A DNA stretch of 64,000 bases from Tortispora ganteri (lineage: Eukaryota): contig PPNB01000017.1 of assembly GCA_003707115.1 (NCBI GenBank), positions 62,001 to 126,000 of the forward strand. The letters run 5' to 3'. Shown piece after piece: positions 10,095-20,508 of the stretch. The notes below the pieces were generated by a model. The model ran no database searches and was not told the DNA's origin. It worked only from the letters and a program-made list of their open reading frames with translations. How positions within the stretch are numbered: the first letter of the stretch is position 1; every line of letters begins with the position of its first letter. The position numbers and the translations under genes are program-made.

Positions 10095-10796
10095 ATGCAC
10101 GAAGCTCAGAATAAAGCTATTAGATGTCCTTCTTCATTTAGTTATCCGGCATCCAAATGGGTTAATACATTCAGGACGTCACTTTTACCTAAGCCAGATT
10201 TTGGCGTAAACCTTACAAGAAGATCAAGGCACTTGAACATAGTTGATCTTCCAGACAAAATCTTGGCTAAAATAGCAGATTACTCGCATTTTTACACAGT
10301 ATTTATTGTTCGTCAAGTATGCCGAAAGTTTAGGCATTCATTTCACGAAACATCAAAAGAATCTCAATCAATAAGCGTCCGCTTGTTCATGTTCACAGTT
10401 GAACGGCGAAGATATGTACCGCCAGCATGGTACACTGATCTAAGTGGTATATACACCATGTCTCATTTGTGCGCTCTATTTCCAGCAAACATGAACATAC
10501 AGGGTTTAGGTTCCTACACTAGAGCTTTAACGGAACTTTGTCCTGAGCTGCTACCTCATTTGCATCCCCCTGTACTAACCTATTTACCGTCGAGTTGGTT
10601 TCAGTTCGCTGTGAATCTACTGGGTTCAGTAAACAAACAGTGTATTTGCCTTCCAATAGACGGAAAACTAGCTGGAATTGTACTTTATCTTTCGTCTCCT
10701 AATAATATCTCGCGACCAACACTTCTTTATCCGGATTATCTGGACTTCCTCATTGCTTCGGTCACTTCCAGCCCTAACCCCATCAGTCATTTCTAA
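10095..10796 (+). CDS. Divergent F-box-domain protein
   Basis: LNIVDLPDKILAKIADY...VRQVCRKFR fits the F-box pattern; the remainder is unrecognised. Confidence 0.6.
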   Translation: MHEAQNKAIRCPSSFSYPASKWVNTFRTSLLPKPDFGVNLTRRSRHLNIVDLPDKILAKIADYSHFYTVFIVRQVCRKFRHSFHETSKESQSISVRLFMFTVERRRYVPPAWYTDLSGIYTMSHLCALFPANMNIQGLGSYTRALTELCPELLPHLHPPVLTYLPSSWFQFAVNLLGSVNKQCICLPIDGKLAGIVLYLSSPNNISRPTLLYPDYLDFLIASVTSSPNPISHF

Positions 10797-10858
10797 CTTT
10801 AAACATTTTTATTCTGCATCGATTTCTACTATTCTTATCTCTTCAACATCTCTTAGTT

Positions 10859-11929
10859 ATGGGCTTTCAGAAATCTAATGCACCTGTGGCTGTTGCAAGA
10901 GGATCACCACGAACTCAGCAGCATATAAAGTCTTCAGTGGTTCGCAAAGACTCAGCCGCAATTGACTTGCCCGTCAGATCATCTCCAAGAACTGCACACA
11001 AGTGCATCTCAACCGGATCCGCAAGCTTTGATCTGCTTCTGGGCCATTCTGGTCTTCCGCTAGGATCGATTGTATTTATAGAAGAAGAAGGAAATACTGA
11101 CTTTGCTTCGGTGTTACTAAGATCTAATGCAACACAAGGATGCCTTGATCCACATACAAAAGTACTGGTGTTTGGCGTACCAGATACCTGGACGTCAGAC
11201 CTGCCTGCTGAAAAACCCTCGGCGGATCAAATAGACCAGCCAACACGGTCAATGACTGCACAAGATATGCGTATTGCTTGGAGATACCAAGCACTAGCTG
11301 CTACTGCTGCTGATACGGTAAGTAATACCTCGTTAGTTCATCGACTTGATCTATCCAAGAAGCTGGACCCTTCTAAGATACGAGGATCGCTTACCACTAG
11401 TAGGACTACTGAGTCAGAAACCATGCTGACTGAAATATCCAAAATTGCTGCTGAAAATCCGGGCAACATTATTAGAGTGCTGATCCCTCAGTTTTTGAAT
11501 CCTGCATTGTATTCGAGCACATTCCGGCAACCACAGGAATACATCATATCATTTTTATTAAAGCTCCGCGAATTGTGCAACAAGTACAAAGATCAGCTCA
11601 CTATTATGTTCACGATTTCTTTGTCATTATACCCCAGGGACTCTTCTCTGACTTCATGGATAGAGCGGCTGTCAGACGCCGTGGTCCATATTGAACCATT
11701 CAAAAGTAGAGCGAATGATGTTGTCGTTTCTCAAACGAAGTTTCAAGGCATAATCAACGTATATCGACTTCCAATATTAAGTTCACGAGGTTCAATGGAA
11801 GAATCGATCTATGAACATGCTTTTAGAATCTCGAGGTCTGGATTTGAGATTGAAGAATGGTCTATTCCCGTTGAAGTGGAAGCAAACGAGACTGACTCTT
11901 CTGGAAAGAGCACGTCTCTAGACTATTGA
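10859..11929 (+). CDS. ELP4: Elongator complex subunit 4
   Basis: ISTGSASFDLLLGHSGLPLGSIVFIEEEGNTDFASVLLR, MRIAWRY and AFRISRSGFEIEEWSIP are typical Elp4 motifs. Confidence 0.93.
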   Translation: MGFQKSNAPVAVARGSPRTQQHIKSSVVRKDSAAIDLPVRSSPRTAHKCISTGSASFDLLLGHSGLPLGSIVFIEEEGNTDFASVLLRSNATQGCLDPHTKVLVFGVPDTWTSDLPAEKPSADQIDQPTRSMTAQDMRIAWRYQALAATAADTVSNTSLVHRLDLSKKLDPSKIRGSLTTSRTTESETMLTEISKIAAENPGNIIRVLIPQFLNPALYSSTFRQPQEYIISFLLKLRELCNKYKDQLTIMFTISLSLYPRDSSLTSWIERLSDAVVHIEPFKSRANDVVVSQTKFQGIINVYRLPILSSRGSMEESIYEHAFRISRSGFEIEEWSIPVEVEANETDSSGKSTSLDY

Positions 11930-12005
11930 GATTTTTATAGCGCTAAAAATTATTATTTCTTATTCCTGTTTAGTACTTAAACAGCGATTATACTCCGTTG
12001 GTTTA

Positions 12006-14375
12006 CTATACAGCCAGGCCACTACCGCCAGCATCCCATCTATACAAACTCAGCAAATCCATCCTACGCCTCCTGGATTCGTCTTTTTTCCGAAGATAGA
12101 TTGAATCTGCATTCGGAGATGCTGTTGATGCAGAACGACGGTCTCCTTCATATATTGATTCCAAGTTACCCCGCATAATTCTGCGAAAATTCCTTTGGTA
12201 CTCAGTATTAAGCGTCACTATACAAACCTCGTGCGCTCTAACAATGGTTTCACATGCTTTCCTAATTGCAGGTGGAGTGCTAGCTACAGACCTGTCCGTC
12301 GCCAACAATAAAACAAATGAACCTTGTAGCAAGTAAATGCCGAAAAAGAAAGGCATTAGCTTCAGGGAAGGATCAACGTCGAATATCTTGTTAATGCAAT
12401 CTGCAGCAGATATGGCATAATTAATTGATTCTGTAATTTCATTTCTGCTGTATTCTGCATCTGACATGTTCATGAGAGTAATAGGATCCCAAGGGATTCT
12501 CACTAGTATCTGAAATACGTTCAGTACTTGTCGCGCATAAAGTCTCCAAGCATCTTCATAATACGTTAACGACATTCCTCCTTCAGAGGTATCCCATGCC
12601 GAAAGTATCTGTTCGTATTCATGCATGTATGCAATAATTTGCCTTGACATAGTAGACACCACTTCTGATGTGTCTATTGTAGGATGTAGCATAAGCTGAT
12701 GTATATCAACTAAACCACCAAGAATGGACATTAGAGGTAAAAAGTAACCAAATATACCTCTTCCTGTTGGGGTATAAGTAACTCCTTTATGTCTCCTACC
12801 GTTGATATCGACTTCTGGAGGCATGAGCTCGGAGTCTGAGTGCCATAATTCATCAGAGGCCGTTGGCAAAAATAAATTCATGCTCTCTGCATCTGTTATT
12901 GTAATAGACCTATTGTAGCACAGACCCAAATGGCGGTCTACGCAATATAGAAGCCACCATATCCTCCTTCGTTCCTCTCTTTCTTCTTCAGGTAAGGAAA
13001 CAAATTCCTGGTTAAGTTTTAAATCTCGGGCAAGGGACCAGGCACAATGCCACCAACTTAATGAGTTACCTTTGAACTCCGATGCCGAAGTAACAGTGCC
13101 TAGTTGAATATACGTAATGACATCGTCCACTGTGCCCATTACCATTGGATTATGATACGGTCTTAAGTTTCGAACAGTGAGGCCGAGCAGCTCATTTATA
13201 ACGTCCTGGCGAGTGGTCGGAGTAGCAGTCATAGCGGGATGATCTGATGAGTGGGCAGAAACCATCATAAGCGAGTATAGTAATGCCCGGGATGTAGGTC
13301 TAGGACGCTCTAAGTGAAGTATAGAAGATTTTCGCAATACATGAGCAAGCACGTGAGGGGAAGCGTTAAAATAAGACTCTAAAAGGTCGCACGCTAGTGT
13401 TGGTGGAATGAAGCCTAAACTGTTAGCGATTGGTTGTAAAATAGGGTATAGCATGTCACCAGTAGGATAATCCATTGAGAAGGATCCTGTGTTATGTTCA
13501 TTAGTTTCAACACTCTCGCTTCCGTTGTTTGAGGCATCTTTAGGAATATTAGGTATTGTGATAGAATCTTGATGATGGGGACGGTTAGAGATCCTCGGAG
13601 AAGTCATTTCCATATTTTGGACCGTTGAAGAAGTCTGATTATTCGTTTCCATTAGTGACCCATTGCTTATAGGCAGAGTTGACTGGACGTCTAATTGGTC
13701 TGAGCGACTATCCAGATCCAAAGAACCCGGCCAGGTTGAGCGCGATATGGGGGACTGCAAGTACTTTTCGATCGGTGTATCCGGGCTTGGTTGAATTTGC
13801 CGCAAGGAGAATGACGGGAATGACGGATCAGATTCTCTTGAGTTAGTATCGTTTAGTTCGTGCAACGCGGACGCAAAGGTTGATCTGAGCGCGGATGTTG
13901 AAGAAGTGTTTTGTGGGTATGTTACTGTGGCAAAATTAGGGTAACCTTTAGCAGTTGAATCGACAGTAAAAAATTGAGGAGATGAGGAATCAGTGGGTTC
14001 ATTAATAATAGGTGGTGGAGGTGGTGCCGGATGCAGAGGAGGAACATCTACATCTGCTGAAGAGAATTTGTGTCGTTTAGTTTCATTTGATTTGCCATTT
14101 GTATTTAATTTTGGTTTCTGAGCAGCAGCTCTACCTCTTCGTTTGCGTTCCCTAGTATAAGTACATTGTGCACTCACTTTAGTGCAATGCATACAGGGAG
14201 ACTGGCCGTCGCATCTTGTTCGTAGGCGGTTGCAGTTGTCACAAGCATAGGTTACACGACGCTTGTTCTTGGTAGTATTGCTTGAAGTGTCCGGATATGA
14301 CTTACGTAAACGTTTCGCTAGCGCCAGATCTGAGTCACTGCCTGAATCATTCGTTATTGGGGCATTATCTGGCAT
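12006..14375 (-). CDS. xlnR: Zn2Cys6 transcription factor of the XlnR/Xyr1 family
   Basis: Zinc cluster ACDNCNRLRTRCDG...CTYTRERKRRGRA. XlnR-type blocks: DDVITYIQLGTVTSASEFK, EEEREERRRIWWLLY, MPFFFGIYLLQGSF, ACETIVRAHEVCIVTLNTEYQRNFR and C-terminal LSLYRWDAGGSGLAV. Confidence 0.9.
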   Translation of the reverse strand: MPDNAPITNDSGSDSDLALAKRLRKSYPDTSSNTTKNKRRVTYACDNCNRLRTRCDGQSPCMHCTKVSAQCTYTRERKRRGRAAAQKPKLNTNGKSNETKRHKFSSADVDVPPLHPAPPPPPIINEPTDSSSPQFFTVDSTAKGYPNFATVTYPQNTSSTSALRSTFASALHELNDTNSRESDPSFPSFSLRQIQPSPDTPIEKYLQSPISRSTWPGSLDLDSRSDQLDVQSTLPISNGSLMETNNQTSSTVQNMEMTSPRISNRPHHQDSITIPNIPKDASNNGSESVETNEHNTGSFSMDYPTGDMLYPILQPIANSLGFIPPTLACDLLESYFNASPHVLAHVLRKSSILHLERPRPTSRALLYSLMMVSAHSSDHPAMTATPTTRQDVINELLGLTVRNLRPYHNPMVMGTVDDVITYIQLGTVTSASEFKGNSLSWWHCAWSLARDLKLNQEFVSLPEEEREERRRIWWLLYCVDRHLGLCYNRSITITDAESMNLFLPTASDELWHSDSELMPPEVDINGRRHKGVTYTPTGRGIFGYFLPLMSILGGLVDIHQLMLHPTIDTSEVVSTMSRQIIAYMHEYEQILSAWDTSEGGMSLTYYEDAWRLYARQVLNVFQILVRIPWDPITLMNMSDAEYSRNEITESINYAISAADCINKIFDVDPSLKLMPFFFGIYLLQGSFVLLLATDRSVASTPPAIRKACETIVRAHEVCIVTLNTEYQRNFRRIMRGNLESIYEGDRRSASTASPNADSIYLRKKDESRRRRMDLLSLYRWDAGGSGLAV

Positions 14376-14921
14376 TTTGACAACGCTGGTCTTGTAGGTT
14401 TAAAATGTGGTTAGGCTCGGGAATAGTGAAAAGTCCTCGCGAAGACGTTAGTTGTCTAAAAATAAACTGTCAGTAGCAAATTACAGAAATTAATATTCGT
14501 ATATCAAGCAAACAAGTGCGTCTCTTATTCTGCCTTGATCTTATTTTAAGCCCATAAAATAAGCGACTACTCTTAAAAAAGATTGGCAAAAAACGTATAC
14601 AACAAATATAGGTATGCCCTTGGCGTTGATTCATTATTATTAAGGTTTGGTAATGTCCCGGCATCGATCTAAACCAACTGATATCTCTCAAGATCTTCCA
14701 CGGTTATGATGACCATTCCTCTTTACTGTATCAATTTTGTTCTACTGTATTCTGCCAAATATTTGCCTTTTAGAAATGGTCGCTAATAACTTTGAATGCC
14801 TATTTGAACACACCTAAGCCTTGCAACTAGTGGAGTCCACACCGCTTTTGGGAGAGATATAAAAAAAATACGCCCACAAGATCAAAGGCTTAATAAACTT
14901 ATCCTTTTAACTCATACCGAA

Positions 14922-15551
14922 ATGTTTGGCGCCATATGTGCCGGAAGACCAGGTAAGTGACTTTGATCTGACATTTTTTCTGACCATACTAACATAAGAT
15001 ACTCAGTGCAAGACAATTTGACACAAATAGATGAAAATAAGTTTGCCTTCCAAATTGAAGACGGCGCAAATGTAAACCACGTTGTCGTTTTCCTTCTACC
15101 AGGTGCTGCCTTCCAGGAGGGCCTCGCTGCTTTAATATACTTTCAATGGCCTGGAAAGCCATTTCAACTTCTTGGAGGACTTGCTAACAACAAGCCTTCA
15201 GCCATATTCAAAGTCAAACAGTCGGCAAACACGGCCGGATCGCCTTGTACTGGCCCTGTAACCATAACTTTGGGTATATCGATCGAACCAATCGCCCAAG
15301 TCGAACAGCAGATAATGACGTTGCACCAAAACGATCCGAATAGCGCGCAACTGGTACTCTCTAATCGGCCAGTCTCTCCCGCATCTATTGTTACTCTCGC
15401 GAACAGAATTGTCCAACACTTGTACAACTATCTCGGCGGGTTCGCTACTCCCGACGGAATGGTCCCCATGAAGGTTTTCGACGACTGGTGGAGAAAATTC
15501 CAAGAACGTCTGCAAGTCAATCCTAACTTCCTGGAAAATGCAATGGAATAG
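14922..15551 (+). CDS. OPI10: Hikeshi/Opi10 family protein, 2 exons, 191 aa
   Basis: Exon 14922-14952, intron 14953-15006 (GTAAGT...TACTAAC...CAG), exon 15007-15551. Product MFGAICAGRPV...NHVVVFLLP...LLGGLANNKPSAIFKV...FDDWWRKFQERL. Confidence 0.93.
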
Positions 15552-15721
15552 ATTATCTCTAGGCCAGTAGTGAATACCAATGTCGTAATGAACTTCTATA
15601 TGCATTGTTTGACTCACTCTCGCATCTACTCTTAACCTAATAACCCTAAATTGACAGTTACTGAAATAATCCTATTTTCAAAATCCATGGTGGAAAGTAA
15701 ACAAATACTTACCAATAAAAC

Positions 15722-16696
15722 ATGGCACCAGCAACAATACTTGAACCACACAATGCTGCTGTTTCGGCTGTTCGGTTTAATCCGTTTGACGAAGAATCTC
15801 ACTATCTTATCTCATCTTCATGGGACGGTTCTATTAAACTGTACGATCATCATGCTAACATCTCTGCGGCCACTGTTAAGACTAACGCTCCTTTGCTTGA
15901 TTGTGGCTGGGAAGATACAGGCGTAGCCATTGCCGGCGGTCTGGACCGGCGCTTATATCGAATAGATTTATCCACAGGAAATATATCAGCTATTGCACGG
16001 CACGAACATGCAATAAAGTCTGTGCTCTGTCATCGCCAAACAGGCTCGATTTTGTCTGGTTCGTGGGATCACACAGTACAGGCGCTGGACTCTCGATCTG
16101 GCGAAGTATTTACTCACCTGAACCTTCCTGGTAAAGTCTTTTCTATGGACTTTATTGGTTCTAACACTGTGGCCGTGGCGATGTCAGAAAGGCATATATA
16201 TCTGTACGATTTGCGCGACCTGAGAGAACCATTGCAACGACGGATCAGCTCGCTCTCTAACTTCACAAGGTGCATAAGAGGAATGCCATCCGGTGAAGGA
16301 TACGCTGTCTCATCAATAGATGGCAGAGTAGCCATAGAATTTGTCGATCCACGTGAAGAAATCCAGGCCCAGACGTTTGCATTCAAAAGTCACAGAGAGG
16401 CAGGACTAACATATGATACCGCATACCCCATAAATGCACTGGCATTCCAAGGAACTACAGGTAACTTGCTCACAGGAGGGTCAGATAATCAAGTGATTCT
16501 ATGGGATTTGAGCTCACGAAAAAAGATCAAATCTATACCGAAGTTTGGGGATGCTATTCAGTCACTCGATACCGATGCGTCAGGTCGCTTCTTTGCAGCA
16601 GGCCTAGGTAGCGGCGCTGAAGTCGGAAAACAATCATCTGAAGGCTCTGTTGTTGTATCAGTTACTCCTGAAAGAAAAGGCTCATCTTTAAAGTGA
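15722..16696 (+). CDS. BUB3: Spindle checkpoint WD40 protein Bub3 (Rae1/Bub3 family)
   Basis: SSWDGS, GSWD, LPGKVFSMD, QRRISSL, GYAVSSIDGRVAIEF, FAFKSHR, YPINAL and TGGSD motifs. Confidence 0.88.
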   Translation: MAPATILEPHNAAVSAVRFNPFDEESHYLISSSWDGSIKLYDHHANISAATVKTNAPLLDCGWEDTGVAIAGGLDRRLYRIDLSTGNISAIARHEHAIKSVLCHRQTGSILSGSWDHTVQALDSRSGEVFTHLNLPGKVFSMDFIGSNTVAVAMSERHIYLYDLRDLREPLQRRISSLSNFTRCIRGMPSGEGYAVSSIDGRVAIEFVDPREEIQAQTFAFKSHREAGLTYDTAYPINALAFQGTTGNLLTGGSDNQVILWDLSSRKKIKSIPKFGDAIQSLDTDASGRFFAAGLGSGAEVGKQSSEGSVVVSVTPERKGSSLK

Positions 16697-16839
16697 TTAT
16701 TAACGACAGACTGTGATACGAATTATACATATAAAATGCGGGTGCTACGGGTTTCATGAAGTATGTTTGTAAAACGACTATATACATCTACAGTAGGCGG
16801 TTAGAATCCTTCCCTAAGTTTCCTTCAGCCACTACTGCG

Positions 16840-17328
16840 TTAGTCGACGCCAGCAGCGGCAGCAAAAGCTCTAGCAAAAGCGGGCGGAGGAACAACTTTT
16901 ATCATGGTAAGAATTTGGTCGACCATCTCTCTGGGCATTGAACGGTCGTACATGTCAAGAAGCTCAGCAGGGTTAGGATAAACGTGCAAGGCCTTATAAA
17001 AAGCAAGAGCAGCTTCAGTGTAAGTGCTTTCACTCTTAGTGAGATTATCGCCTTGGTTCAATAGTGATTTGAACATCTTCTCTTTTTCGCTAATGCTATC
17101 TGGAATAGGTTCCTCAGCCAAACTCTTCTTAACCAGATTTTCGATCTTGCGCGCTTCGCTAGTTTTTTTCAGGTCTTGTTGCTTCTTATGTTCGCGGGCA
17201 TTTCTGCGAAGCACTCTTCTGAACTCGGCGTCGTTTCTGCGTTTGTAGTCGAAGTAGGCTAGGTATGCCACTGCCGACGAGGCAAGCAGAGTAGTAATTG
17301 TAACTGCAGTAACGGTTCCTTGCGACAT
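16840..17328 (-). CDS. TOM20: Mitochondrial import receptor Tom20
   Basis: N-terminal anchor followed by YLAYFDYKRRNDAEFRR; also EAALAFYKALHVYPNPAELLDMYD. Confidence 0.95.
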   Translation of the reverse strand: MSQGTVTAVTITTLLASSAVAYLAYFDYKRRNDAEFRRVLRRNAREHKKQQDLKKTSEARKIENLVKKSLAEEPIPDSISEKEKMFKSLLNQGDNLTKSESTYTEAALAFYKALHVYPNPAELLDMYDRSMPREMVDQILTMIKVVPPPAFARAFAAAAGVD

Positions 17329-17491
17329 GTTCCTAAAAAAACAATTTATGCAATAAATTGGAAACTTCGATTAATTATGAGTAAGTGTATGACCGCAACA
17401 ATCGCACGGTTGTGTACTCGAGAAAAAATAAAAAATTAAAAAGATAATGGAGGTGTTCTGCAGAACGGATAAAAAAGTTCATAAGTTGGAG

Positions 17492-17499
17492 TTACCCGG
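17492..17499 (+). promoter_or_regulatory. Reb1-type site TTACCCGG in the TOM20 / F-box divergent promoter
   Basis: Exact match to the S. cerevisiae Reb1 consensus; function inferred. Confidence 0.45.
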
Positions 17500-17707
17500 C
17501 TTTCGCCCACTATACTGATTCATGGGCGAACGCGAAACTGGATATCTTATACAGTTTTATCGCCTCTTCCACTTGATTCGCCTTTGCTTTTATCATCTGT
17601 GATAACTCTAAGAAGGTAAATCTGCTTTTTTTATTTTAGCAACTAAAGTCTTTAGTCAAAAAAGAGTCTTTATTTGCTAGCTTTTTTGGTTTTCTCACTT
17701 CTATTTT

Positions 17708-19684
17708 ATGTCCTCTGCATCTTCACTCGCTGACTCCTATATTGATTCAAATACTAGTCTCTCTGATACTGCAAACAAGAACTCTAAATTACAAAATGGC
17801 TTACCTGATCGCTCAGCGGTGTCAATGATGGGTCATAGCCTTCCTGCGGACATCATGATCCGTATCGCCAGCTACTTAGATCCAGCAGACATTGCGTCTT
17901 TAAAACACCTCACTCGCAGATGGAATAATCTTTTTAGCAACGATTCTGTTTGGAAGGAACTTCTTTATATTAACTACGGTCATATACGTATATTTGCCCC
18001 TACATCTCAACTTTATTCGTGGCGCGATGAATTTGTTCAACGGTATCACATTGTTCATAAATGGCGAAGGAGCAAAGGGCTCAACATATCAAGCGATGCC
18101 CACAATCACACTATCACTGACTCCTATCCTTATTTTGCTGGGCGTCGGAGTATATTTTTTGACCGATACCTGGGCCGCGGCACCATTATGGACCCAGAAA
18201 CTGGTCGCGTTAGTAAACGGGTCATATTCATGCTCCCTAATGCTGAAGTGTCTCCCGTTAGCTGCGTAGACGCGTCTAGATTCGCTGTACTTGCAGGTTC
18301 TTCATCTGGCACAACGACTGCTGTAGTATTGTCACATCAGGCTACTGTTCATACTCGTATAGATATGAAGCGACGATTTACCAACAGTTATGTTAGCGCA
18401 GTATGGCTGGAAAAGTCCGAGGAGCCTAAAAATAAGCCAACGGACTCCTATTTTAATGGAATTTCTGGTAGTAGCAGCGGTGAACTACTTTTTTTTAATG
18501 TTTCGACAGGTGACTGTGTTCATAACATACAATTAGACAGCAATTCTCCCATAACCTCGATTTGTGCTGATTCTCGGTTAGGGTATTCGCTTATATGCAA
18601 TCAAAGCAATATGGTATATTTCCTTCAAAATTTTTATGTTGTTGAAAAGTATGACTTCTCTTCTGAAACTGTTTCACATGACTTTACTACAACTATCTAT
18701 GAGGATTTTACCAATAGCATATTCACGGCAGTTGTGTCAGGGAAATTATTCCGAGTGACCTTGCCTATTAATAACTTGGAACCCAAGGTTGAGAAGTATT
18801 TCATGAATAGCGAGTGCAATTTGCACTGCATTCAACCATTTTCTGGGAAGTTTAATGAATTGAAGCCTGGAAGGAATGGCCGATTGATTGCAACTGTTTC
18901 TCTAGACCTTTCTACAATTGAAATTTATGCGTCAAGCTCGTTTCATGAACACTCTAATCTTTCTGTTATTCGAAGAATCAAACGTGAAAGTCATACTGCA
19001 ATTACCTGCATTACTATGAATTCAGCTGTGATTATCGCAGGATTGGCAGATGGGTCAGCTGAAGTATATGATGTTTTATCTGGAAATCTGTTAACGATTA
19101 TCATATCAAAAGATACCAAAAGATTTTACCGCTTATTGCCACAACTTGGCACAGCTGCAGTTAGCGGGCTTTATTCAGCTCATCAAGTTTGTGTGGATCC
19201 TGATCCGCGTTTCATTAGGGGGTATATAATACTTGGGCAAGTGGTGAGGTTTTTTGATTACTCAAGCAGTTCATTAAACAAACATCACAAGACTGCTGGT
19301 GTTGTGAAGCCTGCGGCTCGGAGATCAGGCAGACGGCAGTCTCGTAACAGTGGGTCTGGTCATGAAGATATCATGGAAGTAGTTCGAGCAGATATAGAAC
19401 AATTTCACGCAGACCAACTAACAGATCGAGAATACCAGGTTCGTGCAAATCAATTCAATGGGCAAGATACAGGAATGACTGTTGAAGAGCAACTTGAATA
19501 TGCGGTTGCATTGAGTCAGTCTGAGCAGTTACGTGTTTCCGAAGATGAAGAAGCGCAACTTAGATTAGCGCTAGAATTGTCGTCAGCAGTATCGTACTCT
19601 GATAATGATGATGTTGACCAAAATTATGATGAAATCGATGAGGATCTGGCAATTGCTCTGAGACTGTCATTGACTGAACAATAG
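17708..19684 (+). CDS. F-box / WD40-like / triple-UIM protein (Pof10/Ufo1-like architecture)
   Basis: F-box LPADIMIRIASYL...LTRRWNNL and a beta-rich middle. Three C-terminal UIMs: EEQLEYAVALSQSE, EEAQLRLALELS, DEDLAIALRLSLTEQ. Confidence 0.85.
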   Translation: MSSASSLADSYIDSNTSLSDTANKNSKLQNGLPDRSAVSMMGHSLPADIMIRIASYLDPADIASLKHLTRRWNNLFSNDSVWKELLYINYGHIRIFAPTSQLYSWRDEFVQRYHIVHKWRRSKGLNISSDAHNHTITDSYPYFAGRRSIFFDRYLGRGTIMDPETGRVSKRVIFMLPNAEVSPVSCVDASRFAVLAGSSSGTTTAVVLSHQATVHTRIDMKRRFTNSYVSAVWLEKSEEPKNKPTDSYFNGISGSSSGELLFFNVSTGDCVHNIQLDSNSPITSICADSRLGYSLICNQSNMVYFLQNFYVVEKYDFSSETVSHDFTTTIYEDFTNSIFTAVVSGKLFRVTLPINNLEPKVEKYFMNSECNLHCIQPFSGKFNELKPGRNGRLIATVSLDLSTIEIYASSSFHEHSNLSVIRRIKRESHTAITCITMNSAVIIAGLADGSAEVYDVLSGNLLTIIISKDTKRFYRLLPQLGTAAVSGLYSAHQVCVDPDPRFIRGYIILGQVVRFFDYSSSSLNKHHKTAGVVKPAARRSGRRQSRNSGSGHEDIMEVVRADIEQFHADQLTDREYQVRANQFNGQDTGMTVEEQLEYAVALSQSEQLRVSEDEEAQLRLALELSSAVSYSDNDDVDQNYDEIDEDLAIALRLSLTEQ

Positions 19685-19716
19685 GCACAGTACCACAAAT
19701 TGGACATCGAAAACAC

Positions 19717-20473
19717 TTACTTTTGAATATATAAGGTCTCACCTTTTTCATTTTTTTTAATTCTTGTTTTGTAGTCTATATTTAGATCGTATTCTTCCCA
19801 TATAGACATTGGAAATATATGCCTGTTTTTTTCGTACCAAGACTTCTCAGCTATCAGAATAACAGCATTGTGGTCCATAATAGGGCCAGACCGTGTTTGT
19901 GGTTTTTTCTCCTTGAAGAACTTCAAATCATAGTGATGTGGTATTATTATATCTTGTGACACAATCATAAAATCGTTAGCTTTAGTTTTTGCATAGATTT
20001 TATGGGGCATTTTGCGTCGTATATGGTCTATTAGACCTAGTATGTTCTCTTCAGCGTCAACAGTGACCTGGATATCTGCACATTTCTCCGATAGCACTTG
20101 TACAGTATAAGTCAATTCGCTTTTTTCAAATAGTTTTGGTTTGTTCTTTTTTAATGGTATCGGTATATCTTCCTCATCGTCTAAATCGAATGATAATATA
20201 GTCTTTCGTTTACGTTTAGTTGAATCGTTGAGGATGTGATCTGGCTCGGTATCGAGATCATGATTCTCGGTCTTTTTAGTGATTTTTACCAGATCTTCAT
20301 AATTTATAAGTCCACTAATCTCACGCCCTATTGGATCATCTAATACTGCACGCTTTTTGAACCGCTCATTAATACTTCTGGGCTCATATTCGTCGTCCAT
20401 GAAGCTGAAGGTTATGTCTACAGAGAAGTGTGGGATAGTTTCTACAACCACCTATTAAGCCTTACCGAGTCAT
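19717..20473 (-). CDS. XAP5/FAM50 family nuclear protein (compact, about 231 aa), probably 2 exons
   Basis: DIIIPHHYD and KSWYEKNRHIFPMSIWEEYD match the XAP5 C-terminus. Predicted exon 20473-20466 and intron 20465-20405 (GTAAGG...CAG) keep the frame. Alternative start is the ATG at 20400. Confidence 0.8.
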
Positions 20474-20508
20474 AAATCGCTGTATCTTTTTATGTTTTAA
20501 AAAACTCT

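Noticed and set aside
14706..14780. Box C-like ATGATGA upstream of xlnR (possible C/D snoRNA)
   Set aside because: No box D (CTGA) at a suitable distance and no terminal stem.
15705..15713. ATACTTACC, identical to the U1 snRNA 5' end
   Set aside because: No U1 stem-loops or Sm site follow; it lies immediately before the BUB3 ATG.
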